A DNA stretch of 60,030 bases, counting the filler, from Sphacelaria rigidula (taxonomy: Eukaryota): the NCBI GenBank assembly GCA_964200075.2. It is 7 parts of 7 records of this genome, joined end to end, with 100 filler letters (N's around TTAATTAATTAA, not from the genome) between each part and the next. Parts side by side here need not be neighbours in the genome. Positions count along the whole stretch, not along the records: positions 8,593 to 17,083 come from CAXNAA020010988.1; positions 17,184 to 25,674 come from CAXNAA020010989.1; positions 25,775 to 34,264 come from CAXNAA020010990.1; 4 more parts are not named here. One strand, given 5' to 3'. The notes under the pieces were generated by a model that did not search any database, was not told the origin of the DNA, and worked only from the letters and a program-made list of their open reading frames with translations. Position numbers and translations under genes: made by a program. Shown in pieces: positions 12,969 to 27,071 of the stretch; the first letter of the stretch is position 1, and every line of letters starts with the position of its first letter.

Positions 12969-14156
12969 TAAGGTTCCTTGTAGTGGAACACAGTTACCGA
13001 GGTCCCTTTTTTTACTGTCCGGCTTGCGTGTGTAGTGCATCGAACTCGCCCCCTGAAGACGAGGGTATATTGTATATTGTAGTACCGAGAGCCTGAACAT
13101 GCCGGTGCGGGTTTCAGATGTGATTAAGCACTGCTCAACAGCGCGGCAAGATGGTGGAACTATAGCCAAGACTATAATAATCACTGTGACGATCGGGACG
13201 CCTGAACCGGGAGTGAAAGGACAGTTCCGAAACAGTCGAAAATCCAATACCCAGCATCAACACCGATTGTTCATATGCCCGGAGAAGTAGGATGACATAT
13301 TTTTACAGGCGGGATTCCTCTCGAGTGTGACTGGTCTCGCTCGCTCCTTGACAGATTAACTCGTGGAAATTCGTCACCCAGGGGTGTGGTGGGCAGCTTA
13401 GGGCAGCTTACTCTCCATGCTTTAGCCATGCTTTAGCCAGGTAGATAATTCCCACCGAAACCCTCCTTCATTTTATCTTGACTGATGTACACGAGAGTCC
13501 CTTGATTGGCGTAGCGATCATCTCAACATGGAAATGCCGTCGCTCCTTGCTTGTGTTTGTGCTGCGAGTCTACTCGAGTTGCGACACCTATTCAGAGTGC
13601 AGTCAAATAGCAAGGTATGGAAAAGAGTGCGATCAAAGTAGATGACTTGGAAATGTACCCGTTTACATAAGGAGGGCGTTATGCCTTTATTTTTACCGTG
13701 CTGTTGCTTGCACTTTTTTTCGTCAAAGATAGTGGTACCAAGAGGAACCCGGAAGCCCGCGTAGAGCTATGGCCCAAGGGTGTGTGCGCCACTATGCCGA
13801 CGGGTGCACATAGCTCCACGGCATACTGCTAACCCTCTGCGGCAGTTGTGCGGAAGGCGAAGCGTGTCTGCTGTCCGTTCTCCTCGTCGAACTTGGTCCT
13901 GTCCTCCGGGACGCATCACGACAATCTTGTTCAGTGCCTTCGCGCGTGCCGTAGTTACGCCGCCAGCGTATGCCGGCACCACCAACAGCCTGAGATGGTT
14001 GAAGCTGTAGTAGTAATACGTTCCAGTACTCATGCACATGATGACCCATGACATTTGTCTTCTGCGGTCTGTCCAAGCCCCGACAACAGTCGTTCAACAT
14101 ATGTTCCCCACAACACCCGCACGATAATATGATGTTTGCCGCCACTCTTGCTCCAG

Positions 14157-14691
14157 GGCACACCACTGTCGACTCTGCGGCCGATGCGTCGTACGGATGG
14201 ACCACCATTGCCCGTGGATGAATAACTGCGTGGGCGCGGGTAATCAGAAGCACTTCCTGCTGTTCCTGGTCTATACATTGGCTGTATCAGGGTACGCTTT
14301 AGGGCTTGTGCTATACCACTTCATTCAGTGCGTGGCGGACTCGTCCGTCTGTGACGCCTACAGCACCCTTACGGCGAACCTCATCCGAGCGTTGCTCGTG
14401 TTGTCGTTCGGTACCACGCTATTCACGCTGAGCATGCTGATGAACCAATTTCACGGTATCATGACGGGTATGGGTACTGTCGATCGGATGCAACGGCGGC
14501 GAAAAGAGGGCAGGGTTAGGGCGCGGCCGGAGGATTTCACCCCAGTGCCATGGAAGGACATATTTGGGAGCGGAAATCGGTTCACATGGTTTTTGCCGAT
14601 CAATCCACGATTCAAACCCCGGCAAAAGGAAATGATCATGAGGTTCAGAGAGCCACCAGCCTCTCGAACGCATGAGTACGAGGAAGTGTAG
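14157..14691 (+). CDS. DHHC palmitoyltransferase (ZDHHC family), terminal exon
   Basis: Acceptor ctccag at 14151-14156, then (R)[40 protein letters not shown] followed by two hydrophobic segments and stop TAG at 14689-14691. Upstream exons not located. Confidence 0.95.
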
Positions 14692-16229
14692 AGTGATGCA
14701 TTATGTTTTAGCGTAATATTTGTACAGCGACTTCACACACACGGACGCGTGCACTAGGTTTGGTTCATTTTTGCCGTTGTTTTGGGTGGACAGGACTACA
14801 CCGTGTGTGCACGATTTTATGTCCGAGTTGGTCGATAGAAAATGAGCCAGGCCTACGCATGATCGTTCTTCATGCTGTTTTTTTTTGCATCCTTCCCCTG
14901 CTCTGAAATTTCAATAGGCTTCGCGGGTGATGCGCGTTGGCGTGACCTGTCGGTCACTGAGGTGTTGAATATCGGTAGAATATTTCTGTGGAGTGTGTAA
15001 TATTTCTTGTCTTGTGCTGTATTCTGTTTATTTATGTTTTTACGCCAGCGGTTACCGCGACACGCGTTTCCGGATACTTTGTGTTTTTGGTGTAACCAGA
15101 GGCTACCTCCGCTTGGACGCAGTTTCGCCCTTGTGTCTAAGGACGGGGGTGAGGTGGATATCAGTTGTTCATGGGGAAGGGAGACCCGTCTGCTAGTGCG
15201 CAAGATCATGCCTGGTAGGAGCATGTGGAGTCGTGGGAAGGTGGTCGCTATGGTACGGGCGGACCTGTTTTGGTCATGGAATTGCAGACGTTTCCCGTGT
15301 AGAGGAATATGGAAATCACGTTGTTGTCGAGACGGCAAAATTGGTTTCTGGATCGGTTACGATTGTTTCGTGTTCGCTCGATGGTTAGTATTCGTGTTCT
15401 GGCCGTTGTCCATACAGGAACGTGAGCAATATCTCATTTTGGGGAGATACCTCTTTGGCTACACAACTCGAGCGTCATGTGAATCGCATACATATTTCGT
15501 ATTTTGGTGTTTTTGTTACCCTCTCGTTTTGTTCCAGGAGTGCATGCGTGTAGTGTGTCACTTCGAGGCTCTCCGTCACGGCTTGGGATCATCAGTGAAA
15601 ACCTAGATTTCCTTGGTATTCTCAGGTCGTGTCAATGCCCTCGCGGGAGTGTTTTTTACCTCAAAGTGGTTGTCCGTGAAACAGATTGTAATTGTGATGA
15701 TTTTTGTGCTGGTCCGATTTTGCAAATTGAGTTTTCCTGTGCCTGCCTCTCGCCAGATGAAGAGGGAGCAACGTCGCTTCTGACACTCATCAGGAAAGTA
15801 TGTGTTGGATCCGACGGGGCTTGCTTCGCGTTGAAGATGTTCCTTAATCGCTTTCGTGAGCCCCTGTCATACCATGCAAGTATTCATGGATGTGTTCGTG
15901 CGGGCGTATGGCATCCACATGATTTTCTTTTCCGGTGACTGTGTGCTGAGCGTGACGAGTGGTAGGACGCCACTCAGGCTTCCCTCTGCTTGCAGTTAAA
16001 CACAACGAAATGCAGCTCTAGGTTGAGCGCGATGAACTTTTTCGGGGTAAACTCAAACGAAACTAACTGATTGATTGAGACAAGTAATGTCAGTACAAAT
16101 TACCCGAACGCATAAGATTTTCGTGAGATTAAAAGTATAGCGTTCGTTTGAGGGTCAGCTTTGTCAAGAGAAAAGTGACGATTTTTTTCTAGATTTGACT
16201 GTTTTTTACCATCCTTTGACAAATATTAT

Positions 16230-16860
16230 TGTTAGGCCAGAAAAGAAACCGCGGCCACCGGAGAACGGGAATATGTCCTGGAACTGCCTCAAATAGTAGG
16301 GCAAGTCATTCCAAGGTGTTCAACTCCGCCTCGTCCTCTTTCGGGGCGTGAAGCGACGTATATGCTCCAAAAAGGCCCTTTTTCAGATTTTTATTATTGT
16401 CTGTTATAAGACCGATTCCGATGGGATCCGTTCAAAATCTTTGTTTTCGGCCTTCTCCGTCGTTTTACGCCGGAAAAGAGGGCTAGGCGGATGTTGACGC
16501 CTTGGAATGACTTCCTCTACTCATTGAGGCCGTTCCAGGGCAACTTTGCATTTCCCGCTGGCCGCACATTCATTTTTGGCCAAACACGGATTTTCAACAA
16601 AAGACGTTCAAGCGATAAAAAAACAGGGGATATTTTGATCTCCTGGCCGTTTTTCACTTGAAATCCGTGATTGGTCTCATTTGGCCAAAGCAAACGTGCG
16701 GCCAGCGGGGAATACAAACTTGCCGTAGAGGAGTCTCGACGAGTAGGGCGAGTCATTACAAGGCGTCAACATGCGCCTCGCCATCTTTTCGGGCGTGTAT
16801 CGACGGAGAAGGGCCCAAGAGGCAGTTATGGACAGGAATTTTTTTCACTCCGCATGTTCA
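16230..16860. repeat. Internally palindromic dispersed repeat; second copy at about 55750-56215
   Basis: CCGTTCAAAATCT...GGGCTAGGCGGAT.TTGACGCCTTGGAATGACTT...GCATTTCCCGCTGGCCGCAC shared by both loci; unit occurs in alternating orientation. Confidence 0.75.
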
Positions 16861-17183
16861 AATAGGTTTCTACAAGTAGTGTTTGATCTCTCATAGACCC
16901 CTCTCAACTGGCGTGTTCGGATCGGGAGCCCGGCTGGCGGGGGAGGTGTGGGTAAACTCAGTGATGAATAACACCCCTAAGTTCAAGTTGGATCTATCTG
17001 TTATTGCCGCAGCACCATCCTCGTCCGCCCATGTGCGTCCCACAGCCCACCCGCCCCCCCCCCCGCCCCCCCCCCCCAACCCCNNNNNNNNNNNNNNNNN
17101 NNNNNNNNNNNNNNNNNNNNNNNNNNNTTAATTAATTAANNNNNNNNNNNNNNNNNNNNNNNNNNNNNNNNNNNNNNNNNNNN

Positions 17184-17247
17184 CACATACACCGAAAGGT
17201 GCAGACTGGTGCCCAGAATAAATGGGACGACAACACACAACAACACA
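17184..17247 (+). mobile_element. SINE 3' tail at contig start
   Basis: CCGAAAGGTGCAGACTGGTGCCCAGAATAAATGGGACGACAACACAC matches the SINE 3' end. Confidence 0.65.
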
Positions 17248-18069
17248 GTATCTCGTGGACTTGCCCCTCATGGTGGTGTCACCGTCTGACAGTTTTCTGA
17301 TTTCTGTGCTGGAACAGCTAACCGAGAACTTCTCACCCCCTTGGCAATACATGGTAAAAAGTTACAGTAGACAAGAAATTTACCTCATGAAGTGTAGGTC
17401 CATTGTAACCTTTGGCTGCGTATTGACCATGGTGTGAGAACAGTTGCACAGTTCGGACGAGTCAACGCCGGCTCGAATCACTATATCCACGATTTTCCCG
17501 GCCTGGTTGCTCGAAAAAGAGGAGAAAAAAAAAGTTGACCTTTGGGCGAAAAAGTGTCTGCGCAATTTTTGCGGCATTCCATGTGCCTGAGCTGCGCGTA
17601 CTTGGGTTGCAACGCTGGTGACAAAGCCTGAGGATTGATCCGTACGGTACGAATCCATCACACTAACATGGAGATATTTTCAAACGAATCATCAATTTGT
17701 TCGACCCTCGGATATTTGCGATAGTCTCATACTTGATACAGTACATTTCATGTCGATTGTAACCATTGGCCACATAATGCCCAGGGTGCGGCAATAGTTG
17801 CAATAGGCCGATACTTTGTTGGCGCAGTAAATAGCTTGTTCATTGTGACCACAGAGTGCCCGGCATGTGGAAGTTCTCGAGGAAGAACCTTCCCAAGAGA
17901 AATTAGTTACTCGAATCACGTTGGCATGGCAGAAGAACAAGGAATGAAAGTGGGCTCGATTTTTCTCTATTCCGATTCGAAATGTTTTTTTTTTTTTCTT
18001 GTATGGCCAACACCCGTCCATCTCTCCTCAGCATGTGTCGATATCTTCGCACGTGTAATCTGAAAATAG

Positions 18070-21000
18070 GTGAACACAATGCTGGAGACACGGAACAAAG
18101 ACTTCGAGAAGAACCTGGAGGAAAAGGGAGCGGGGTACCTTGACGAGGCGTCGAAGGAAGCGGGGGCCATAAAAACGGACAGGTACTCTCCGCCGTGTCT
18201 CAGTGATCTCATGGCACACTGGCTCCAGTGTGCTTATGTGTCGGCATGTCATCTATTCTGGACGCCGGTCTAAACCTTTCGGTATACGTGGGCGCACCAG
18301 TCGCGGTCCCATAGGAAGAAGGCCAACCCAGGTGCTTCCCCTTTTTCCTTTTGTTTTTAGTACCCCACCTTCCTTCTGTGGCGCTTGCCTCATTTTTTAC
18401 CGGGAGAGGGGTTCAGCAATCCCTTTTCCTCGTCAACCGTGAGGTCGACTTTTTGTGTACCCACGGCATGGTGGCTCTCAACTCTTAAACATGGTGTGAG
18501 AAAAAATCGCAGATGGTGTGACTGCACCGAGGTTCGAACCCACGACCAAAACGTCAGAAGGTCTGGAGATCATCAACTGAGCCCCAGTAGCTGGGAAGAT
18601 CGATTTCCAGGCTTGCAATTGTCGGTAGGTGAGTAGCAGAAACGGGGCGGGAAGGGCGGGGGTAAGTTGACGGGGGGTATTCGTGGTGCCGGAATGTTGC
18701 TCCCATCTGCGATAACCCATTGCGAGGCGTGTACCAAAGGAGAGAAGATTCATCCCTTGAGACCACGGACTATAGTAGTCCCGAGGAAGCGGAGGGGCTG
18801 CAACTATTCGAATCTTCAATCCTACTCTTGTTTCCCTTACACAAGCTATTCATCTGTAAGGGTCGAGAATCATGTGCTCGAGTATTCAAGCAAAAATACC
18901 GGGCTCTGCTCCCTCCTTGCTTCCTCTACATCCCTTCACTCTAAGCACGCGCTGTATAAACCTCAATACAACTTGGGACTTGTTTGGCCTCAAGAGGAGA
19001 AACGGGGCGTTTTTTTTCAGTAAGTTTGCAAACAATGTTCGGACAGCGATTGCTGCTGGGGTGCGCGCTCTCGGAAGCCGAGTAGTTTATGCCACCATAC
19101 CAGCAACATTTCTCATGATGGCGTTCCTCTCCGGTGTCGTGCTGTTACTTTACCCGTGTCCCATAAAGGTAACCCAGCCACCCCGCGATGCCTCCCCACC
19201 CCACCCCACCCCACCCTGCATGTCCTTGTTATTCCCCTTTCGTTATTTATCCTGATTTGTGGGGTCTCGACCCTCTCACTTTTCTCATGCGTGTGTGCCC
19301 GCTTCTTGTGCCTTCTTCACAGTGGATTGGTGTACCTGTCTCTCACGGATGGAGACGGACCATCACCCCAGCCTACCGATACCGTCAAGGTCTGTGCTGT
19401 CGCCGGTTCCATTTTTAGTGGCAATTACGCACACACCGTTCCACAGAGTCGCGTCGTGCAACTATCGGGGGGGGGGGGGGGGGGAGGAGGCGGTGCTCCA
19501 AGTCCCACACGTGGAAGAAAAAAGATCTCGTAAATGCATGCGCGCTGTATTTCTTGTTGAAGAACAAGTCGCACAACCAATCGGCGGCATGTTGCCCACG
19601 GCGATGAGATTTGTTTGATGCTACAGGAGGATTCCCCGCGCCGGTATCTTTGACTCAAATGCACCACAGGCCATGGCGTCTCCGCTGTGTACTCCTACTT
19701 AGGGTCGAGAGAGGGGGTTACACGACTTGCCCCCACCCCCAACGCGACGGTTACCAAACACCCTTGGCAACTCTGCGGTTACTGAAATCAAAATTCCGTA
19801 TTCTTCGTGGTAACATACACATACGACCCCCCCCCCACCCCCTCACCCTCCCACCCTCCCACCCCTGTTCTCTTGTGTGCATGCAGATTGTCATCTGCTC
19901 CCTTGTGTTCTCTGTTGTTGACTTTTCACATGCTAGACAACAGGAAGCAGTAGGAAGCAGTGTACTACGTAAAGTATTGACTCTGTCGTTTAGTGTATGA
20001 AACAGTAGACTCGATACTTGACGCAGTACACGTTTTTCCTATTCTTGCCTAGTGTCCGAGCGTGGAAGTCCATGTCGAGATTCGAACTTCATTATAGGGT
20101 TTGGGTTGATGGACTCGACAAGACGCCTCGAGCACCCCCTTGTACAAGCTGGGTCCTTTTGTCGCGTGCAAATGAGTCGAAAATGGTCGCATTGTTTGTT
20201 CTTCACTCCCACCACCATAAGCCAAGTCAACGACGGATTTATACTCAGACCGGATGTGTTGATATCATTTACAAGCTAAAATGAGTCAGGCACGGCCAAG
20301 TTGCTTGGACCCCCCTCCCCCCCCCGCGCGCGCCCGTCAATGGTCTTATGACTATGGCATGCATGATCATGAGTACACCACCCCCGCCCGCGCGTGATTT
20401 CTCATCATCCGTCACCCACACACAGGGTATGTTCTTTCAAAGGCAAAGACGTGCTCCCTCCGCTGCCCCCGCGTGTTTTGTTGCGTTCGTTCTCCCGGCA
20501 TCTCGTGCTCTCTTGTTGCTGTCGGCTTGTGGAACCTCGGGGCGGGTTGGGTGGAACCATGACAGGTGCACTACCACGGCACCTTGGTGGATGGCTCCAT
20601 TTTCGACTCGAGCGTCCTGCGAGGATCGCCCATCAGCTTCCCGCTTAACGGGGTGATCAAGGGCTGGACGGAGGGCGTTCAGATGATGAAGGTGTCGCGT
20701 TTGTGTTCTCGCCCTTTTTCATGACTTGGAGTTTGTAGTTGCGTTGTATGACGTTCGTGCAGCTCTCATGAACCGTCGAGAGACGAGATCTTGAAGAAAT
20801 GAAGTGGCGTTGTCGGATCCAATGACGCTGGCAAGTGAAATGTCGAATAATGATCAGTAATTGCAACCGTCCCATGAAGGAGAATCACGCCGAACACTTT
20901 GGCATCACGTTTACACACGAAATTCTACGGTTATCGGTTGCTGAATGAGGGAAGTCTCCCCTTTATTTGTGCTTCCACCTACTCAATGGTGAAAGCTGAG

Positions 21001-22221
21001 CCCAGTTTGTCGCCTTTTTTGCAAAGCTCTCCCGCCTACAGTACAACATGATGGACTGACTGCAGCTGAGTTTATAGATGTAAATATTTTCGAACTGCAA
21101 ACGTGAAGCGTCCTGAACACATCCAAGTACAATACTTGAGGTAGATAGATCTTCTACCGTGAAACGTCAGTCAGATGTTTTTCACGCGAAATAAATCCAA
21201 CATCCGCTTTCACTTGCCAATCTTCACTTAGTTTCATGTTGCCTGATCCTTGCTCCGAAATAAGCTACCACCCAAGACTACCAGCCAACCCTGCCTCGAC
21301 CACTCATGCAGTAAAAATACTGATACCCATCTGTCTGCTGCTCCCATGTGACATCTGCCGTCACTCTCCGTGAACGCATCCTCAGGTGGGCGGGAAAAGC
21401 AAACTCACCATCCCACCGGACCTCGCATATGGCCCGAACGGCACTGGACCTATCCCACCCAACGCAACGTTAACTTTCGAAGGTGACCAGTATAATTGCG
21501 TGGGATATAGGGGGTACGGCGTAGTTATCGACCCTACTGGACGGCTTGAACGTGGTTACATAGATGGATAACGGCAAGTGGCTCAATGATCTGCAGACGG
21601 GTCACGTCGTTCGTAGTTTACCTCAGCTGTAGACGTCTTCACGTTGCTTTCCGACGTCGTTCTTGTTCAACATACATCACGGGTCTTCGCCTTGCAGAAA
21701 AGGGACTGAAAACGGGAATACAGTGGTGAAACGGAGCAGGGTCACCATCAAAGTAACCGTCTCGTGAGGCAAGGAGGTTGGGGGGTACTCACTGGTTCTT
21801 GCCTCGGTCGTTTGACCATTGACCGCGCATCCGTCTCGAAACCGAGGGAGGGAGGGGTCGGTGAAGGTACAGTAGAGCTTGTACGGAGAAATACCATGTG
21901 AGAAAAAGTCAAAGCGTTGTGTAGAGAAACGTCGCACTAAGTGTTTTTTTGTGGAATAGAACGCGCGTGACAGCTACTGCCCTAAGATCTGCAGTCAATT
22001 TTGCAATTGTCACATGGCCAACAGTTTTACGGAACCAGACTAGGTCACTGAGCAACAGGAAAACTGACCCCCCGCCGTCCCTGCCTTCGTGCCATTCCTT
22101 CGCTCCATCTAATTATGTGGGTCCCGTCGCTGCTTATCCGTCTCGTCCTTCTGTCGCGATTTTGCCTGCTGGCTCTCCGTGTACAGTGGAGCTCCTCGAG
22201 ATCGAGGCACCTGCAGCGTAA
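18070..22221 (+). CDS. FKBP-type peptidyl-prolyl cis-trans isomerase, FkpA/Mip-like (5'-partial); exons 18070-18182, 19323-19389, 20566-20691, 21386-21482, 22187-22221
   Basis: GT-AG exons join in phase to ...[131 protein letters not shown], a canonical FKBP domain preceded by an FKBP_N-like helix. Confidence 0.96.
18232..18590 (-). mobile_element. Copy of the same tRNA-derived SINE
   Basis: Reverse-complement similarity to 542-939; GGCTCAGTTG and GGTTCGAACC boxes on minus. Confidence 0.75.
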
Positions 22222-25200
22222 AGGGGATGTTCCCACGCCCTCTTGTGTTGAAAGGGGTGCCCGGTTTGAGGGAGAGAAACACCGCTATTGTACGTGCGTT
22301 GACCGGCGGATGGACGGTTTGACGACCTTGACGCAAACTGGTGGGCATGGTCAACTGAGATACGGTGGAGGTACTGCTTAGGGTGGCGGTCCTTGACGTC
22401 ATTTTGTAGCTGTTTTTTTTCGAGTGTGTCGATAGACGTGCCAGAGCCGTCGTGGTCGTACCCATGCTCAGAACTTGACGGGCTCAAGGCATCAAGTGTG
22501 ATCTGTTGTTGAAGGTGGAGCAATGGATCTCATTTTGAGAAAGGCTGTTTCGTGGAAATAGGGCGTCCTCAGTGAGGTGAAGGCTACCCCAGACACTGGT
22601 TTGTATTAGACTTACTTGTAGTTCCATTCCTTCTGCCGCTCGTACACCTTTTGAGCGTTGCTCTCCTCGAGGCTTCTTGTTCGCTTTTTTGTCTGCCTGC
22701 TTTTGGCGCCGGCGTGTGGTGTCACACTGGACCCTCGATTTTTGTCGTGATGGACTAGGCGGATCATCGTGCACGGATACGTCTACCTTGATCTGTCCGC
22801 ATGCCATGCACCAATAGCAGCGACTCGTTGATTAGTGTAGGCATGGTGGTGGGTCCTGTGGTCTGTTGCCCGTGGCTCGCTCGATTGATCATTGTGAGTC
22901 GATCAATTGTCTCAGACTAGATGATTCCGCTCCGATACAACTGACGAAAAATTGCGTGCACTTTATGCCGCTCTTACAATATGAAACGGCTTTTGCTCAC
23001 AGGCCGTGCACAGACAGGAGAAATAGAAATTGGAATGCAGACTAGTTCCAAAATGCGTCTCCACGAGACCCGATACGCTGTCTCTTGTAGCTTGCCACTG
23101 AGGCCATTGATATATCGACGTGTAGCTGTAGGCACACTCCGATGATGGAGGCAAAGAAAAGCACACACGGAATGAAGAATGGCGAAGTCCATCGAAAGAT
23201 GAAAGCCACTCTCAATCTCACGAAAACGTTGTTTTAGTAGCCCAATGACACAGCAGACGATGGAAATAGCAAAGACAGTGATGAATTGGTTCGTGCATCA
23301 ATCGGCTGGTGGTCGCCCACGAATTGATGAGCTAGAACCCAACCATCGACACGAGATGTAGAACAAGGCGGCGTATCATGCTCGATACCGCCTCAATAGG
23401 TTCTCCGTATTCGAAGTTCAACTGCCAGGTGAGTATCGCCGTGTGGGAGAAATGAAGAAGAGATCCGGGGCTTACCAACGTTTGACAGCTGCATGCAAAA
23501 CATACGTTCGTCCAAGTCAAATCAAATTAACCACCAGCGGGTGGCCTCATTTCCCCCCCCCCCAAAAAAAAACAAGAACAAAACAAAACAAACTGCGCTT
23601 GGTAGCGAAGAAGATGATCGTTGCCAAAACAAGTGGGATGGCATGCTGGTGCACGCTGACGTCCATTACGTCCAACTACTGGAATCGTCTACTGTCGTGA
23701 ATGAGTCGAATTCTTCGGGGCGAATTCAAATCCGCCTGACCAGTATGGCGGTGTCGCGTTACCCTTCGTCTGTGGGAAAATGAAGAATAGGCCAAGGTAA
23801 AGCGAATTACGTAACTTCCAGTCAACCCTGTCTCAATTTCACGGAAACGTTTGAGAGTAGGCCATCAATTGCAACGGTACATATTTCACGTGAAAAAAAG
23901 ATGTTCCAGAGGGGGAACCGTCACATTGAACGGAAAACTCCCACATGTGTCTGTCCATTAACCCAAACCCCCGTCACATCCACCCCTGATACACATCGCG
24001 GCCGAGGATGGCGCCGACCAGAGGACTGGGCGGATGATCAGACCGAGTGTCACAAGGCTTTCGTACGTCTAACGTTGGGGTGGTTCCCGAACTCCCACGG
24101 TCGCTTTGACCAAGAAATGAGGCGCTCGCGGTACTATCATCCTTGAGGATGAATCATCACCCCGATGGCGATCTACCTCAATTTCACTCCGTGAGCCACA
24201 GAAATGAACACTCGAATGTTCAGGAAGAGATTCCAACGGATCATTCGTGTCATGTCACTTGACTCTGAATGTGAGATTGGGAGTGAGGATCGGTCATGCC
24301 ATGAACGAATACTCTCAGTTCCGAAACGGCCCTCTACGAGGTCCGGTGCGTTTTCTGTAGTAGCTTGCTACTGAAGCCCTTGATATCCCTGAGTAGGATA
24401 TTGACGTGTAGCCGGAACCACACGACAGTGTTGCAGGCGAAAAAATAACACAGAATTGAAAATTGGCGATGATGAAACCCGTTCTCTATCAACGCTCTAC
24501 TCTCAATCTCACGAAAATATTTTGATCCGTGCCCACAAGCTAACTACGCCCAAAATAGAGTAAACAAAACCTAGAAATAAAATCGGATCCAAAACAATGA
24601 ACACATGAGCGATGATACAAGAGAGGAATAATAAATGAAACAAACGGAATACAAAAAAATGTAGCATATGTATGGTATACACCACATGCATGCAGTGATT
24701 CGTGGGTCTGTATCCGGTCGAAAATAGCATTCTTGTTGGATATTACGAACATAATCGAGCACGAATTCCACGTTGCGAGCGTACGTGGAGCACATGAATT
24801 CCCACTTCACGAGCATACTTTTTGGTGAGATTACTCGCATTTAAAATGACTATACTGCTGGGAAAATAGTAAGAAAATGCCTAGGTGGTCTATAGAGGTT
24901 GGTGACACCTGGTGGGGGTGACAATTTCTCGGAAATGTATTACTCATGTATTTCGAATAACACTAACTCTTACCAATCCTAAACCCCAACGAAGGCATAC
25001 CGCGAATCCTCGGGCAAAGGAGGACCCGAAGTATTTCCCACGCAAAGTGTGCGTTATCAGACCTCAAATAGGCGCCCCAGGCGCCGATTTAGGCAAAAAA
25101 CGAGTTCTGCGCACGCTGAAAGCTCACCAGGAGCACATACGCCATCAAAGATCCGGATTTCGGATTCACACGGATTTCGGATTCACACACCCCTACAAAG

Positions 25201-25415
25201 TGGTAAACTATACTGGTTCTTGTATGATTGTGAGATGGTGTGGTGGCCGCGGGGCTCTGGCAGTGCGCAGCCGTAAGCGGAAACCATCCTGCTCTTTCTC
25301 TGCCTTTCTCTTTCTCCCTCTCTCTCTCTCTCTCTCTCTGAACAGCGTGAACGAGAGAGGCGTTTCAATCTGCTACAACAGGTCATGGGCGTTGTGAAAG
25401 AGCGACGCGTAGAGG

Positions 25416-25674
25416 TGTGTGTGTGTGTGTGTTGTCGTCCCATTTATTCTGGGCACCAGTCTACACCTTTCGGTATATATGAGCGCATCAGCCGGGGTCA
25501 CACATGAGGAAGGTCAACACAGGAGCTTTTATTTATTTATTTTTGTTCAATATCCCACCTTCCTTCTGCGGTGCTTGCCTTTTATTTTTTATCGCGAGAG
25601 GGGTTCAGCAGTCCCTTCCCTCGTCGACCGTTAACTCGAATTTTGTGAACCCACGACATAGTCGCTCTCCACTG
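25416..25674 (-). mobile_element. SINE copy, 3' part, cut by contig end
   Basis: (GT)n then TTGTCGTCCCATTTATTCTGG...CCGGGGTCACAC..GGAAGGTCAACACAGGAG as in the other copies. Confidence 0.75.
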
Positions 25675-26489
25675 NNNNNNNNNNNNNNNNNNNNNNNNNN
25701 NNNNNNNNNNNNNNNNNNTTAATTAATTAANNNNNNNNNNNNNNNNNNNNNNNNNNNNNNNNNNNNNNNNNNNNCGAGCTCGTAGAGAAGATTCTGTCGT
25801 TCGGGATAGTCACAAAAGTCAAGACTCTTGCGTCGGTGCTCACAGGGGAAGACTTGCTTGTGCTCCTCGCTAAATCGCTGGCAACACGGCAGCACTGCCT
25901 CTTTGGGATCTTGGCATGAATGCATGCTGGGAGGTTTGGCTTGTATGTGCGTGGAAATTACTTGTCCAGTGGATGTATCCACTGTAAATATACTCAACAC
26001 CCTGAGGGGGTGAGCGCGGGGCGGGCGCGGGCCAACAACGACACCGTAGGAGCTGATGTCTTGCTTAATTCTTGAGTGGATTTATGGCGTAGGAAGTATG
26101 CTGTATACCGAGGGAGTGGGGAGCAGGCATTGGGGCACCCTCATATAGTTTTCGACTTATGGGAATATCGATATCAGCAGTCTAAGGACAAATATATATC
26201 GGGGGATGCACGCGACTAGTGCAATCTCTGTGTCATTAACGTCTGGGAAAATGCGATTTGCCTTCACGTTCGTATGCACGGTCTCCGCTTCTCTGAAGAC
26301 GCCAAGATATCGACAGTTACAATGGCAACCTGTTTAAATTGCATGAATGCAAGTGGTTTATACAGATCCTTCGCCAAATCCAGTTTTGGCATCACGTGAA
26401 CAAAAACGTGCAACGTAGCACGACTCTCAGAGTAAGAAGTGATTTTTTGGCCTGTTATCAGAAAACGTGTTTTTTTATACTATCTGTTC

Positions 26490-27071
26490 TAGAGCTCGGA
26501 AATGGTTTGACTGACCATTTAACTGGTCAATGGTTAAGCGTAGGGCAACTATTAACCAGTTAAATGGTACATAATGGTTTGGTCATCGAGCGGCGCAGTC
26601 GCGAGCGAAAAAAGCCCCCCCACGGCAGAGGGGGCCTCGCCGGAGCCCCCCGGATGGCCCCACCGGAAACGCCGTGTCGGAGGCACGTTTTTACGCGATC
26701 TGGCTTCACCAGAGCTAAAAAATACGTTACATAGGGGCAATTTTTCATGGGCAAAACCATAGCACACTTGGCTTGAAATTTCGATTGAAAAAAAAAGCCC
26801 ATTTGAAATTTTGATCGAAAAAAACTAGGACAGTCTTTCCTTGTCTTTGAAATTTATTATCGAGAAAAAATATAGCTGAAGTACGAGCCCAGGACTGCTG
26901 CTGCATGTTGTGCACTTTCTGTTGTAGCTGTGTGCTGTATGTATAGCATACGTAGCCGGTAACGGTAAATAAGGGTTTGAAACCATTATCCAATTTTTTC
27001 ATGTAACAATTACCATTGTCACCATTGAAATGATAATGGCCAGTTGTAACTGCTACCATTTCCGAGCCCTA
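26490..27071. mobile_element. hAT-like MITE
   Basis: TAGAGCTCGGAAATGGT / ACCATTTCCGAGCCCTA inverted termini; TSD not evident. Confidence 0.65.

Noticed and set aside
14157..22221. DHHC-FKBP gene neighbourhood, and any cluster with the GSDH gene
   Set aside because: The genes lie on different contigs joined artificially.
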